A DNA stretch of 64,000 nt from Planctomycetota bacterium (lineage in GTDB: Bacteria; Planctomycetota; B143-G9): the NCBI GenBank assembly GCA_034521065.1, contig JAXHMW010000010.1:25264-89263 (forward strand), given 5' to 3'. A program made the translations under genes and the position numbers. The notes beneath the pieces are model-generated. The model had not been told where the DNA came from. It did no database searches and was given only the letters and a program-made list of their open reading frames with translations. Shown here piece by piece: positions 19,738-31,081 of the stretch. Numbering within the stretch: the stretch's first letter is position 1; each line of letters begins with the position of its first letter.

Positions 19738-20688
19738 TTGACCATGACCAAACGGACGGCCTTACTCAGTACCTTTGCCGCTCTGTTCTTCGCAATCGCC
19801 ATGGCATGTGGCGGAGGCGGCAGTTCGAGCACCGAAGACGACACTCCACAGGACACCGGTACTGTACAAACACAGTCCCCCGGTTCCACCGAAGTTGTCC
19901 TTACAGACATACTCCTTATGAGGGACTACCCCGAAGCACCGGTTGGTGGTACAGTCAACTTCATCGCGTTCGGCCAATACGATGACGGTTCGATTTCGAA
20001 TGTCACAGAACAGTGTATCTGGACTTCATCTGACGATTTCATAGCCGAAGTCCAGGATCCCGGCATCGCGACCGTCCTTCGTGCTGGTGTTGCACTTATC
20101 ACCGCGACAATCGGTAACGTGAGCGCGAGCATGGAGGTGGTCGGCTTCGAACCCCAGCAAGAGAGCACGACGCTCGTCTCCATCACGCTAATTCCCCAGA
20201 ATCCCGTCGTGCAGCACGGTGACAATGTAACCTTCATCGCGCTCGAAAACTACGACGACATGCTCGGAACCAACTACTACAACAGCGAGGTGCATTCACC
20301 GAGACAGGTGCTGGACATTTCCGGAATCGAAAAGGTAGCTGCGGGCAGGTACCATTTCGCCGCTCTGAAGGACGACGGTACCGTCTGGACCTGGGGACGA
20401 GAGAATAACAACAGCCAACTCGGACGCTCCGGAACAACCAACCGGCCTGCCAAAGTAAAAGGTCTTTCAAATATCGTGCATATCGAATGCTCCTACTACG
20501 GAGGACGCGCCGTTGACAGTGACGGCCACGTTTACTCTTGGGGCGAATGGGGCTCGGGCCGACTCGGACCGCCGGACATCAACAATGATGTTTCGGTACC
20601 CACGAAGATTTCCGGCCTGATGGGAATGACGAAAATCAGGCAATATGAATCGTTCGGCATAGCATTCGGATACTACCCGCCCAACTAA
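19738..20688 (+). CDS. Lipoprotein with Ig-like (Big_2) domain and partial RCC1 repeats
   Basis: Lipobox AMAC-GGGG; WTSSDDFIAEV Ig motif; VAAGRYHFAALKDDGTVWTWG and GHVYSWGEWGSGRLG RCC1 repeats. Confidence 0.8.
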   Translation: MTMTKRTALLSTFAALFFAIAMACGGGGSSSTEDDTPQDTGTVQTQSPGSTEVVLTDILLMRDYPEAPVGGTVNFIAFGQYDDGSISNVTEQCIWTSSDDFIAEVQDPGIATVLRAGVALITATIGNVSASMEVVGFEPQQESTTLVSITLIPQNPVVQHGDNVTFIALENYDDMLGTNYYNSEVHSPRQVLDISGIEKVAAGRYHFAALKDDGTVWTWGRENNNSQLGRSGTTNRPAKVKGLSNIVHIECSYYGGRAVDSDGHVYSWGEWGSGRLGPPDINNDVSVPTKISGLMGMTKIRQYESFGIAFGYYPPN

Positions 20689-20713
20689 AGCCCGCCACTC
20701 CCCAGTAACTTGC

Positions 20714-20749
20714 GAACCCCGGTCGCCTGGCCGGGGTTCGTGCATTTTT
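20714..20749 (+). terminator. Probable intrinsic terminator
   Basis: GAACCCCGGTC-GCCT-GGCCGGGGTTC stem, then a T run. Confidence 0.5.
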
Positions 20750-20807
20750 GACCCGTGACCATGCGTTCACCGGGTGTATAATAGCCACAAAGCAACGGAA
20801 GGGAAAT

Positions 20808-22796
20808 ATGAACAAACTCACCGCTCTCATACTCGTTCTTGCGGTCCTGTGCATCGCGTTCTCGGCCCACTCACCTGCCGAAGAGGCCGAAACCGACAAA
20901 ATCCTGAAAAATCCGATTGGCGAAGTGCAGATAAAAGCACTCGAAAAGGCACTCGAAGCGGCGAATCTCACCATCAAGGACCTGTCCTTCGATAAAAAAC
21001 CGATAGATGACCCGCTCAGGCTCGATGTCGTCAACCGTATGCTCGACGAGCCTCTTTTTTGTGCCGAGTTGACGCACGAAACAGGCATTGCTCTGGAGGG
21101 CGCGGCCGAGAACCCTCAGAACGCCATCGGCTACATGGCCTCGCTTATCGACCTCGCAGTGAAGGAGACGGAATTTCACGGTCCGGCCAACCCCCGCAGC
21201 GCGCTGATGAAGGAGCTTTCGCGCGAAGAAGCCGCGGAGATGACCGAGGGACTTTCGAAGCTGCAAGGCCTCCCTCGTTCCGTACCCGACCAGATCTACT
21301 TGATTCTGTGGGCAATGCAGTACACCGATTCTATGGTGCGCAAGGCTCTCGAACCCCTTTCAGATGAGCAGAAGAAGCTCGTCCTGACGCATCTTCCGTC
21401 ATTTGCCTGTTCGGACGTTGTAGCATTCGCCGAGGGGATGGATGAAGAAGTAGACGCCATGGACGTGATGATGGCCGCCAACTCCGCCGACCTCGATATG
21501 CTCGCCACTGCCGCGGTGTTCTTAGCGCAAGTGGTCTCCGACGTGACCGAGGAGCTTGCCTCGCTCGACGACGACACCCTTGCTCTTCTTGAAAAACAGC
21601 ATATGTCCATCCGAACCAATACTCCGCTCGGGCCGGTCGTGTTCGGCTCACTCGGTGCCGACCTGCACGAGAAGGATGCCGCGCTGCTAATTGACCTTGG
21701 TGGAGACGACGTTTACAAGAACTCCTGCGCCGCCGCGATCGCTCCCTGGGGCGACAGGGCGGGAAGCTACGTCAGTTGCCTGATAGACGTAAAAGGCGAC
21801 GACCGCTACATGCCACCCGCTCACGGGGTCGGCTGCGGAACCGGCATCATGGGTATAGGCATGTTGTTCGACGCAGAGGGCGACGATTACTACAGTGCGG
21901 GACACCTGTCCATTGGCGCAGGGCTGCTCGGTGTCGGCCTCGTTGTTGACCGCGGAGGTAGCGACTATTACCGCTCCGATACCTTCACGCAGGGCGCGGG
22001 CATGTTCGGTATCGGCCTGCTCGCTGAAGCCGACGGAGGAGACATATACCGCGGCGCGAAGTTCGCGCAGGGGTTCGGCTATCCCAGGGGTTGCGGAGCT
22101 ATCGCAGACGATAAGGGAGTTGACAATTATTTCGCCGGTGGAAAGTACCTGCACGTGCCGCTGTTGCCGACAAACTACCAGTCACTCTCTCAGGGATTCG
22201 GATTCGGAATTCGCGGCCTGAGGCTTTCCGGAGGGGTAGGAATCATCGCCGACGCGTCTGGAAACGATACTTATACTGCCGAAGTTTACGGCCAGGGCTC
22301 GTCTTACTGGTATGCTGCGGGACTGCTTATTGATGGTGGCGGCAACGACTACTACTGCACTACTCAGTACAGCGTTGGCGCGGGCATTCACCTCTCGGCC
22401 GGCGCGCTGCTCGACCGTGGCGGAAACGACCATTACTATTGCAAGAACGGCGTTGGAATAGGAGGCTCGCACGACTACTCTGTCGGAGTTCTCATAGACT
22501 GCTCCGGCGACGACTACTATCAGGGAGCCGGAGCGGCACAGGGCACGGGCCACACCAACGGTGTGGGACTGCTGTTCGACCTCGGTGCGGGCAACGACGC
22601 TTACAGCGGCATCAAGACATCGCTTCTGCAGGGCGGCGGCTCTGAGCGTCGCGACACGGCCTCAATAGGTGTTCTCATAGACTTCGGCGGTCCCCGCGAT
22701 ACATATTCCACCGGCGTTGAGAACGGCGAGCTGCGTGTGAAGGGCGTTTACGGCGTCTGCTACGACATGCCCGACCCACCTGAGGAGGAAGAGTAA
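20808..22796 (+). CDS. Secreted protein with tandem (L/I)DxxG(N/D)DxY Gly-rich repeats
   Basis: Signal peptide; more than 10 repeats such as LIDLGGDDVY, LFDAEGDDYY, LLDRGGNDHY. Confidence 0.8.
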   Translation: MNKLTALILVLAVLCIAFSAHSPAEEAETDKILKNPIGEVQIKALEKALEAANLTIKDLSFDKKPIDDPLRLDVVNRMLDEPLFCAELTHETGIALEGAAENPQNAIGYMASLIDLAVKETEFHGPANPRSALMKELSREEAAEMTEGLSKLQGLPRSVPDQIYLILWAMQYTDSMVRKALEPLSDEQKKLVLTHLPSFACSDVVAFAEGMDEEVDAMDVMMAANSADLDMLATAAVFLAQVVSDVTEELASLDDDTLALLEKQHMSIRTNTPLGPVVFGSLGADLHEKDAALLIDLGGDDVYKNSCAAAIAPWGDRAGSYVSCLIDVKGDDRYMPPAHGVGCGTGIMGIGMLFDAEGDDYYSAGHLSIGAGLLGVGLVVDRGGSDYYRSDTFTQGAGMFGIGLLAEADGGDIYRGAKFAQGFGYPRGCGAIADDKGVDNYFAGGKYLHVPLLPTNYQSLSQGFGFGIRGLRLSGGVGIIADASGNDTYTAEVYGQGSSYWYAAGLLIDGGGNDYYCTTQYSVGAGIHLSAGALLDRGGNDHYYCKNGVGIGGSHDYSVGVLIDCSGDDYYQGAGAAQGTGHTNGVGLLFDLGAGNDAYSGIKTSLLQGGGSERRDTASIGVLIDFGGPRDTYSTGVENGELRVKGVYGVCYDMPDPPEEEE

Positions 22797-23101
22797 GCGG
22801 GCAGGACAAGCACCACGGAGTAGCGGTTTTTCGTAAGTCAACGCGGCATTTCTGAAGGTTCATTGTCTAAAGATGTGAGCCTGTGAATGTCTTACTTCAG
22901 CGCTTAGCACATCACTGATAATTTGACTTGACTCACAGGCGGTTCGTCGGCACTTGCCGAACAAATAGCGCATGAAAGCTTACTCTTTCTCAGAGCCGCT
23001 GAATGACACACAACCCCTCACCACCCTTTCTTGCGCGGCATTTTGTGCAACTGTGTCGCAGTTCGCGCTACTGTTTTGTGTAGTGCCGGCTTGGAGGTAT
23101 T

Positions 23102-24363
23102 ATGCGCTACCAATTTTCCACAATGCTGCTAATTGCTTTGATCGCATTCATTCCCGCGTTCGGAAAGGCCGGAAAGACAAAGCCCCGTCCTACCGCGAGA
23201 TTAAGGACAAAATCGCCGAGTACGTTGCTGCAGATGATGCGAAGAGAGCAGAACTCATGACGTTTTTCGAGAAACTGCCTCCACTCGAGAGCCGTTACGT
23301 TAGCCGGTATATGAAGGTCATGCGATCCGAGCTGGCCGAGAGGGTCGAGGCCGAATGCGAACCCCTTAACGAAAAGCACTTCAAAAAGTTTGCACGCAAC
23401 GGAGTGTTCTTCCTCGAAAACGACGGCATGAAAATGAAGTACTTCTTCCGCTCAGGCAAGGGCGGCAGGGACGGTTCTCCACTGTACCTGTGCTTCCACC
23501 AGGGCGGGGGCAGCAAGGATATGAATGACTCCTGCTGGTCTGGCATGCAAGGATACTATTCAGTAAAAGGTTCGCTCATCGTCCCCAGAGTGCCTACCGA
23601 TGCTGTGGGCGGCTGGAACAAGCCCCATATACCCGGGCTTGTTCAGAGGGCGCTTTACGAATCGTTCGTCCTTCGCGACATTGACACCAACCGCGTTTAC
23701 ATCCTGGGCTACTCGCTCGGTGGCTACGGCACTGCCTGGATGGGGCCTCTCATGGCCGACAGATGGGCGGCCTTCGGCTCGTCCGCTGCCGGAATCGAGC
23801 CGAGCGGTGCTCCGCTTGTCAATCTCCGCAACACTCCCGTCATTATACAGGCCGGAACCGAGGACAATACCCCGCCCCGCTACGAGACCGCCAAGCGCTA
23901 CGTCGCCAGGCTGAATGAACTGCACGAGGCGGATGAGGAAGGGTACATTTACAAGTTCAGGGAGCATCAGGGGGCAGGGCACATATTCTCCGACTCGGAC
24001 AGCCCCAAGTGGGTGGGAAAACACGTCCGCGAGCCCTATCCGGAAAAGGTAGTCTGGAAGCCCGTTTCATCCGGTTCATGGTCACCGGGAAGTTTTTACT
24101 GGCTCGCCGGTGACGGTCTGACCGGCAAGGTAGTTGTAACACGCGACGGCAACACGATCGAGATCGAAGAGGGTTCGCCTTCCGGGCTCACTCTCTTGCT
24201 CAACGAGGAGTTCATAGACTTCGACGAACCGGTAGTGGTGAAGAGGGGCGACGAGGAGCTTTTCAACGGCAAGGTGACCCGCAGCCTCGCGGTCATGATC
24301 GAAACCTACGTGGCCCGTGCCGACAAAGCCCTTACCTTCACTGCAAAGATAACCCTCGACTGA
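23102..24363 (+). CDS. Secreted alpha/beta hydrolase (apparent frameshift near 23170)
   Basis: FHQGGG, DTNRVYILGYSLGG nucleophile elbow, GTED, GAGH; GGAGG then ATG at 23102 gives signal peptide MRYQFSTMLLIALIAF. Confidence 0.8.
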
Positions 24364-24564
24364 AACGGCGGGAGGGCGGCATGTGTAACGGAAACAACTG
24401 GTGATGGACTTCATAGAGGCAATCAACAACGGGGGCGGAGAGTGAATTACTGCGCCTTTTGAGCGACCTCAAGCTGATTCTCTGTATAATTGACTTGGAC
24501 TGGAACAAATTATTCCATGCGCCCTTAATTCGCAGCATAGCTGGCAATGAGAGAGGGAATCACA

Positions 24565-25500
24565 ATGAGAAAACTGATACTGATGTTCCTTCTCCTGTCA
24601 ATTTCCGCAACTCTTGCTTGCGCTGAAGATGAGCAGGAACAAACCGAAACAAGGGAAGTAGCATACGAGCTTGCGAGCGACGTACATGAATTGCTGACTG
24701 CACAGAGCGAGAGTTACAAAGAACTCCGGTCGCCGAAGACAGGGAAATGGGAAAGCAGGCTTTCAGAGCTCAAAACCGCTTCAGATATGCTGCCACTTGC
24801 ATACAAGGCAATCGCATCTGAATGGCAACTACAGATAGAGCACCCAAAGAAGTGGAAAACAGCGTTGGATGACTTCACATCTTCCCTGCGCACATGGGGA
24901 AGTGTGGAAGATGTTCGACTCGAGCGGCTCAGGAGATATAGTGTATGGTTCTCACATGCCATGCATCTTCACAGCAAAGCAGATCCTGAGTACGAGGATA
25001 AGCTTAAACGTTACGGCAAGTATCTAACTCCTCCAACAGGTCCTCCTCACTTTCAAGAAGCATCCGCAAAGCTCGGAGTTTATCTTGATGCCACGGAAGA
25101 AGTTAAGACTCTTCTTACGAGTATATTGGTTGACGCTCGTGTTGTTGAGAAGCTGCCAGATGAGTTTCTGACAAGGTTCCCTGACCACAAGTACGTCAGT
25201 ACGTTTGTCTCTGTAATGACAATTAACCCCCTGCAAGAACAGTACGAACACAACGAAGATAATGATGCCGGTCTCTTTACTTGGCACGATCTTCAGGATC
25301 TTATTATTGAGTGTTTTTTCAGACATAAGGTAATAGACAATCCATATGCAATAGCTCAGTTTCCGATATCTGCTGCAAAAGAGCTATCTCCATATTTCTT
25401 GCTGAAAAGAAGCTCGCAGTACTTCGCAACACAGGTCAAAAGTCATGAATACATGGAAAACGGCAGAAGAAGAAGCACGAAGATTGTTGGGAAATGGTAA
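24565..25500 (+). CDS. Orphan exported helical hypothetical protein
   Basis: Signal peptide MRKLILMFLLLSISATLAC (possible lipobox); AT-richer. Confidence 0.65.
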   Translation: MRKLILMFLLLSISATLACAEDEQEQTETREVAYELASDVHELLTAQSESYKELRSPKTGKWESRLSELKTASDMLPLAYKAIASEWQLQIEHPKKWKTALDDFTSSLRTWGSVEDVRLERLRRYSVWFSHAMHLHSKADPEYEDKLKRYGKYLTPPTGPPHFQEASAKLGVYLDATEEVKTLLTSILVDARVVEKLPDEFLTRFPDHKYVSTFVSVMTINPLQEQYEHNEDNDAGLFTWHDLQDLIIECFFRHKVIDNPYAIAQFPISAAKELSPYFLLKRSSQYFATQVKSHEYMENGRRRSTKIVGKW

Positions 25501-25775
25501 CGATAGAGCACTTTGAACGGATGATTGAGAACCTCGAAGAATGGTGCGCTGAAAACCCCGAACTTGCTGAGATCCTTGAGAAGTTCAAAGCCCTTGAGAA
25601 CAAGCCCTGGCCAACGCCTGAAGAGTTGTTTCCGGATTTTGCTACTGAGCCTAATGCGCCTCCGGCTGCTGCTGAAGATGAAGAGCAAGACGGAACAAAT
25701 TGGTGGTTTTACGGCGCAGGGGCTCTTGTGGTTGTGCTTCTGGGCGCGTTTGTCCAGCTGAGGAGAAAGTCATGA
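25494..25775 (+). CDS. Small protein with C-terminal TM anchor and basic tail (may be the frameshifted end of 24565-25500)
   Basis: Pro/Ala/Glu linker then NWWFYGAGALVVVLLGAFVQLRRKS; no signal peptide of its own. Confidence 0.5.
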   Translation: MVTIEHFERMIENLEEWCAENPELAEILEKFKALENKPWPTPEELFPDFATEPNAPPAAAEDEEQDGTNWWFYGAGALVVVLLGAFVQLRRKS

Positions 25776-25791
25776 GGCTCGCGACTTCACA

Positions 25792-26068
25792 CACTACAAC
25801 CATACTCGTAGGCACAGCAGCCTCGGACGCAGAACACCCGCAACTGTTTACGTAGTAATTCCAAGTTTTATAGAGCGAGTATTACTTGTAGAAGCGAATG
25901 AAAAACTTAGAATAAGGACAGGTGCCGGGGGTTCCGGCGCCACCGTTTCCGCAGTTCCGGCTTCGCTACGCTTCGCCTCCACTGCGGAAACATCAGGTCA
26001 ACTCAGGAGTAGAGGATCTTCCACCAAATTCGGAGGAAGGTTTCTGTCCAGACCAAGGGGACAGGTTA
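25792..26068 (+). mobile_element. IS3-family 3' remnant with right inverted repeat
   Basis: HYNHTRRHSSLGRRTP integrase C-terminal motif; ends TGTCCAGACCAAGGGGACAGGTTA; reverse copy at 40084-40355. Confidence 0.8.
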
Positions 26069-26084
26069 AAATGCGGGGAAACAC

Positions 26085-28112
26085 ATGAGTAGATTCGGAT
26101 GTTCTTTGTGTGCGAAGACTGTATTGCTCTTTCTGAGTATTTCAGCGCTGTCCTTTCTTCTTTCCTTCGCTGAAGAAACCAAGGTTTCTTCCATCTCCCT
26201 TGATGTTTGGTCATACTCCGAAGAACCTGCAGCGACACGCGTCGCAATGAATCCTGGGTTTCTCTCAGACAACTATGTCCTCTCATCAAACTTAGTGGTC
26301 TACGATAATGGAAGGCATTTTCTGCGCGCCAAAGTTGACTCTCCAATCTGGGGTGTTGTAGTTAGCGGTTCAATACAACTCACTACTGCTGAACGCATTG
26401 GTTCATCTCTCAAAGACATCAATGCAACTGGCATTGTGATAAACACTCCAATGCTCAACTCGCCGCAAGGTGAGAAACTGTTTGATGCCTTGCTGATTTC
26501 TCCCACAATCACTCACATCCATATTGCGTTTTCATACAGAAACGCACCTTCGTGGATTTTTGAGAAGCTGTCATCTCGGCAAACTCTCAAGACCCTCTAT
26601 GTTGACATGTGCACATCCGTTGATGCTGTTGCGTTTGAGTCTTTTGCGGTTGCGAAAGCTGATTCTCTGAAGTCCTTATTCATCATGTCACGGTTGATTC
26701 CAATGACAAGCGTTGAGAAGATGACCAGCCTGGAAAAGTTGAGGGTCTTGGGATTCAGAGACCAGGGAATTGACCTAACCAGAGTTCACCGCCTCAAGAA
26801 CCTGAGGCACCTGTCTGTTATCACAGGCGTGCTTGATGAAGATGGTTCCATGTTCCTTACAGACATGCCGCAACTTGAGTACCTGAGTATTGTAGGGAAC
26901 ATGTTCGGAGAAGTCTGCCCCAAGGTCATGAGCGAATTGGAGAACCTGAAGAACCTGAAGCATCTTGGTTTGCCCATCACGGAAAATCCAATGATTGAGC
27001 AGGTGTCAAAATGCACTGGCCTTACTTCACTCAAAATAGTGCTGAACGGTGACTTCACTCCATCCTTCGCTCCAATGGGAACGCTACGCGAGCTGCGGAA
27101 ACTCACTGTCGCTCTTGACACGCGAAGGACTCCTTTTCCAGATCTACCGCATGGACTTGCCTCTCTGAAATCTATCGCCGTAATCGGAGACCTAACTGCC
27201 TTGTCTTTTTCCCAAAAGACGCTTGATGTACTTTCGAAGATTGATGCCATGAAACTCGTACCACACATGGAACTAAACAACCAGGTATCTCTCCAGTTAG
27301 GTACATTAACGGGGCTCAAAACCCTTTCCGTACCTATAGGACGACTTACTGACTCTTTTGTACAGAACCTGCGTACGCTACAGTCTCTCACAACCCTTGC
27401 GATTAACTGCCCGTTCCTATCGGACAAGTCTGCGGAGGTCGTATCTGGACTTTCCACGTTGGAGAGACTCTATTTGAACAACTGCACAAATTGGACAGAT
27501 TCACAATTCAAGCTCTTTGGCCGCCTGAAAGGACTGAAGGTTCTTGAGATATACCTTTCTCCCTATCTCACTCAAAAGGGACTTGAGTTTGCTTCAGACA
27601 TTCCTTCACTTAAACACCTCGGGCTCGCATCGACGAAAGTCACATTGGCTCAACTAAAAATGCTTCATGGCAACAGCAGCGCAGACTATTGGAATTCACA
27701 GGGCTCACTTGATGCTGCCACAATAAGTTTCTACGCTAAATCGGCTGTTAAGCAGTTCTCTCAGGGCATTCTTGCATCCGCAGCCGTAGAGAACGGTCTT
27801 CTTCCAAGCAGCAAGTCTCCACCTGCCCTTCCAAGACAGCTCTATGGCTTCCAATCCCTGTGGTTTACAAACTCAGCTGCCCACGAAGGACGTTTCTCTG
27901 ACAAGTGCGTGGTGCTGTTTCTCCCACTGTTTTACCAAAATGGTATGTCTGCATTTTATCTTGACGAGAATAATGTTCTTTGGGAGGCGACTCTTTCTAT
28001 TGACGATTTTGCTCGTTTGAAGAAGCTGGCAGGTGCGGATATTGACTTCAGTGTTGCATTAGATGAACCAAGGATAAGCGAACCACTGTTTGTTGAACAA
28101 CCAGAACAATAA
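26085..28112 (+). CDS. Exported leucine-rich repeat protein
   Basis: Repeated LxxLxxLxL (LEKLRVLGF, LKNLRHLSV, LSTLERLYL); signal peptide. Confidence 0.85.
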   Translation: MSRFGCSLCAKTVLLFLSISALSFLLSFAEETKVSSISLDVWSYSEEPAATRVAMNPGFLSDNYVLSSNLVVYDNGRHFLRAKVDSPIWGVVVSGSIQLTTAERIGSSLKDINATGIVINTPMLNSPQGEKLFDALLISPTITHIHIAFSYRNAPSWIFEKLSSRQTLKTLYVDMCTSVDAVAFESFAVAKADSLKSLFIMSRLIPMTSVEKMTSLEKLRVLGFRDQGIDLTRVHRLKNLRHLSVITGVLDEDGSMFLTDMPQLEYLSIVGNMFGEVCPKVMSELENLKNLKHLGLPITENPMIEQVSKCTGLTSLKIVLNGDFTPSFAPMGTLRELRKLTVALDTRRTPFPDLPHGLASLKSIAVIGDLTALSFSQKTLDVLSKIDAMKLVPHMELNNQVSLQLGTLTGLKTLSVPIGRLTDSFVQNLRTLQSLTTLAINCPFLSDKSAEVVSGLSTLERLYLNNCTNWTDSQFKLFGRLKGLKVLEIYLSPYLTQKGLEFASDIPSLKHLGLASTKVTLAQLKMLHGNSSADYWNSQGSLDAATISFYAKSAVKQFSQGILASAAVENGLLPSSKSPPALPRQLYGFQSLWFTNSAAHEGRFSDKCVVLFLPLFYQNGMSAFYLDENNVLWEATLSIDDFARLKKLAGADIDFSVALDEPRISEPLFVEQPEQ

Positions 28113-28156
28113 GAAGCTGATTTGCTTTCGGTTCTTCTCAAAAGCCAGACTATCGG

Positions 28157-28250
28157 TGACCTGCCCCCATTCTTTGGTCCACCTGTTATGAGAGTTTCAG
28201 CGCTGGTTGTCCGTTCACACACGCCTTTTGGGGGCGAGAGGATTACACGT
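28157..28250 (-). mobile_element. IS3 family (IS407 group) right-end remnant
   Basis: TGACCTGCCCC...ATGAGAGTTTCA matches 47653-47752. Confidence 0.75.
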
Positions 28251-28251
28251 A

Positions 28252-28409
28252 CGATTCCGCGGGTAGGCTCGTATTTCAGGATCTGTTCTCGTCCGGTGGA
28301 ACGCAATTGGGTACGAAGAGCTACGGTTACGACAACGCGGACCAGCTTGTTGGCGACGCAGCAACGGGCTCGTTTGGCAACTTCAATTCCACCTACAGCC
28401 ATGACTTAT
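28252..28409 (+). pseudogene. RHS/YD-repeat fragment
   Basis: DSAGRLVFQDLFSSGGTQLGTKSYGYDNADQLVGD..FNSTYSHD between two IS ends. Confidence 0.65.
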
Positions 28410-28742
28410 GGCCCCCTCGAATAATTGGCGCATCCACAACCTGAGCATACAATTGGTAGAGTATAAGTCAATCGAAGAGAGGTAAAAATGCTTGAGGGCT
28501 TTTCGACGTCGAAAACGTTCTGGCCAAGCTCGACAAGAAGGCTGATTTTCTTGCGAAGCTGAACGAGGTCGTTGACTGGGAGGATTTCCGGCCCATTCTT
28601 GGCCGGATCCGCAAGGCGAACCGCAAAACGGACGCAAACGTCCGCATTATCCGAAAAAAAACCGCAAATGAGCCGCAATCACCCCCCCCCCAGGTGAAAT
28701 CTGCGCTTTGCGTGACGGGAATGCGGATTGTCCGCGGTGGCC
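28410..28742 (+). mobile_element. IS5-derived MITE, full length
   Basis: GGCCCCCTCGAA ... CCGCGGTGGCC termini; transposase N-terminal stub. Confidence 0.85.
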
Positions 28743-29257
28743 TGTTGAAAGACGACTACTCTAACAAGGCAACATCGACGAAACGTTCCTAAGAGACCAC
28801 GGGTTTATGTAGAGGGGTACTATCTAAGAAGTGTTTTTCTCTTTCCTATCTGTTTCTCAATACTCTTAAACTCACTGTCTGTCATCTCACGAATACATTC
28901 ATCGGGTAATGAGCCTTCAAGTATTTTTAATTCGTCTCATGGCGGATTATTCGAAAAGGATACCTTGGTACGACGATCGAAGGTAGGTCTCTTACATGGC
29001 TGCCGTTTCTAACCTTGAATATTACGACTTCTCCTTTTGAACCAACAGAAGTGAACCTTGTGTTGAAAATTCCTCCCCCTAACATCAGCGCCAGACCATC
29101 AAAATACTTTGGCATCTTCTACCTCCTACATATAAAGAACTCAGGTCACCTCGAACAATGGCAAAACTCACAACTGATTATACAACGGGAAGGAAGTAAG
29201 TCAAACGAAGTGAGGGGCAGGATGATTGATAAAAGGGGAAGAGATGCAGGAAGATGC

Positions 29258-29480
29258 GCTTGCGAGGCTCGATAAGAATGGCGATTTTCTCGCAAAGCTG
29301 AACGAGGTCGTTGACTGGGAGGATTTCCGGCCCATTCTTGGCCGGAACCGCAAGGCGAACCGCAAAACGGACGCAAACGTCCGCATTATCCGCCAACTTA
29401 CCCTCAAATGAGCTGAAATAGCGCCCCGGAGGTGAAATCTGCGCTTTGCGTGACGGGATTGCGGATTGTCCGCGGTGGCC
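29258..29480 (+). mobile_element. IS5-derived MITE, 5'-truncated
   Basis: Closely matches 28519-28742. Confidence 0.8.
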
Positions 29481-29785
29481 AGTTGTGGTACCAGTCAAAG
29501 TGATTTTGCTCTGTCCTGCCGCATCTGATTCTTGCTTGCGGCCCGGTTTCCCCACAGCACCTTCTTTATTTCAAGGTTGTTCTGGTTGCCTTGCCTCATA
29601 CAGAGACTATAATGCGCAGCACACAAGAATTAAACTTCCTTTGATAATGCGGCGGCCTTTTGGGACGAAGCGAATGCCATTAGCAAGTTTGTCGCAAATC
29701 CGCCGTAACAAAAGGGATGTTTTCTCGTTAACTCCCGAAAGACCGTTTTTTCACAACGCGCAGAGAACGTATTCAGGAGAAGGAG

Positions 29786-31024
29786 ATGAGAATGAGTATC
29801 AGGCACCTTGTGCTGGCAAGTGCGATGTTTCTGGTCTGTGTCATGGGCTTATCCCGAAGTGCATTTGCAGCGGGCGAAGATGTCATGGTCGGGGCCGAGA
29901 TCATCTACAAGAGCTGGTTTATCGACAATCAGGACTACGACGACGACGTTTCGGACGGAGTTGCCAAGAGCAACCTCGAAGCAACCGTGAAGGTCAAGAA
30001 CTGGTACACAGACAACGTGTACACCCGCGTTGACATTGTCGCCGAAACCGACGACTCCGACAAGGAGAGCGTTGAGCTGAAGCGAGCCTACATCGAGATG
30101 CAGGAGTTCCTTACGGAAGGCCTGACATTCACAGTGGGCAAGTTCGACGCCAAGTGGGAGATTCGCAAGACCTACGCGGTCGAAAGTCTCGAAGGCGCTT
30201 TCGACTTCGATATGTCGTTCCTGCCTGAACAGCAAACCGCTCGGTATGAAGTGGCACTACAACTTCGGAACCGTTAAGTTCGAGTTCAAGTACTTCAAGA
30301 TCGACGAAGCATCTGTTGCGGGCAACAACTCCAACGACATTGATGAATACCTCATTAACATCTACCGTGGTAACTCGACCAGGGCGAGTTTGGTATGTAC
30401 GTCATGTTCTGGATGGACAAGAACAACACCCCGCACGTGACCTACTACAACTTCGGTTTTTACGTTGACTGGATGTTCATGGAAGAGTCGCTGGAGATAT
30501 GGGCCGACCTCTGCGTCCAGGACGGCGACCACGACGACCCCGCAATTGCGATGGGTGCTATCCGCTTCTGGGGCGGCTTCGAGTACACTTTCGAGCACGA
30601 TTCCACACCCAAGCTCGGGTTGGACATCCTGTTCATCCAGGGCCAGGAGGACGACACGCTCGCTTTCAACGTACTTAAGGAAGACTATGACCGCACGTTC
30701 GTCGCCGAAGCTTACGGTGACATTCTGCCCCGCGCGAACGAGGGATACATCAGCGTTCAGCTTCAGGGCGGAATGAGCTCGCTGTACGACGGCAAGCTCG
30801 AGCTTGGCGGCACCGTCACATGGTTCCAGGCCGACGGCGACCTTTCCGGGAACCGTGGAGACGGACTCGGCTACGAGGTTGACCTGTTCGGAATCTACCA
30901 CTACTCCGAGGACGTTACCTTTGCCGCGGCAATGGGCTATTTCCTTCCCGACGAGGACCTTGCAGGTTTCGACGACCCCGATGCGGTAACGCTCTTCGTT
31001 TTCCAGGTCTGGCTCGACTTCTGA
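29786..31024 (+). CDS. Outer-membrane beta-barrel, alginate-export-like (two apparent frameshifts near 30230 and 30380)
   Basis: Three overlapping ORFs join into a signal peptide plus amphipathic strands (VELKRAYIEM, GYEVDLFGIY) ending WLDF. Confidence 0.75.
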
Positions 31025-31049
31025 ACCGAACTCACTTTGACCGCTACAG

Positions 31050-31081
31050 AAAGGCCCCCGCTCTTAGGGGGCCTTTTCTTT
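31050..31081 (+). terminator. Intrinsic terminator
   Basis: AAAGGCCCCC-GCTCTTA-GGGGGCCTTTTCTTT. Confidence 0.85.

Noticed and set aside
22972-23101. Extended N-terminus of the hydrolase ORF
   Set aside because: A strong RBS and signal peptide start at 23102 in another frame.
28927-29115. 62-aa ORF with an RBS-like AGGAGG
   Set aside because: No recognisable motif and embedded in decayed sequence; cannot be supported as a gene.
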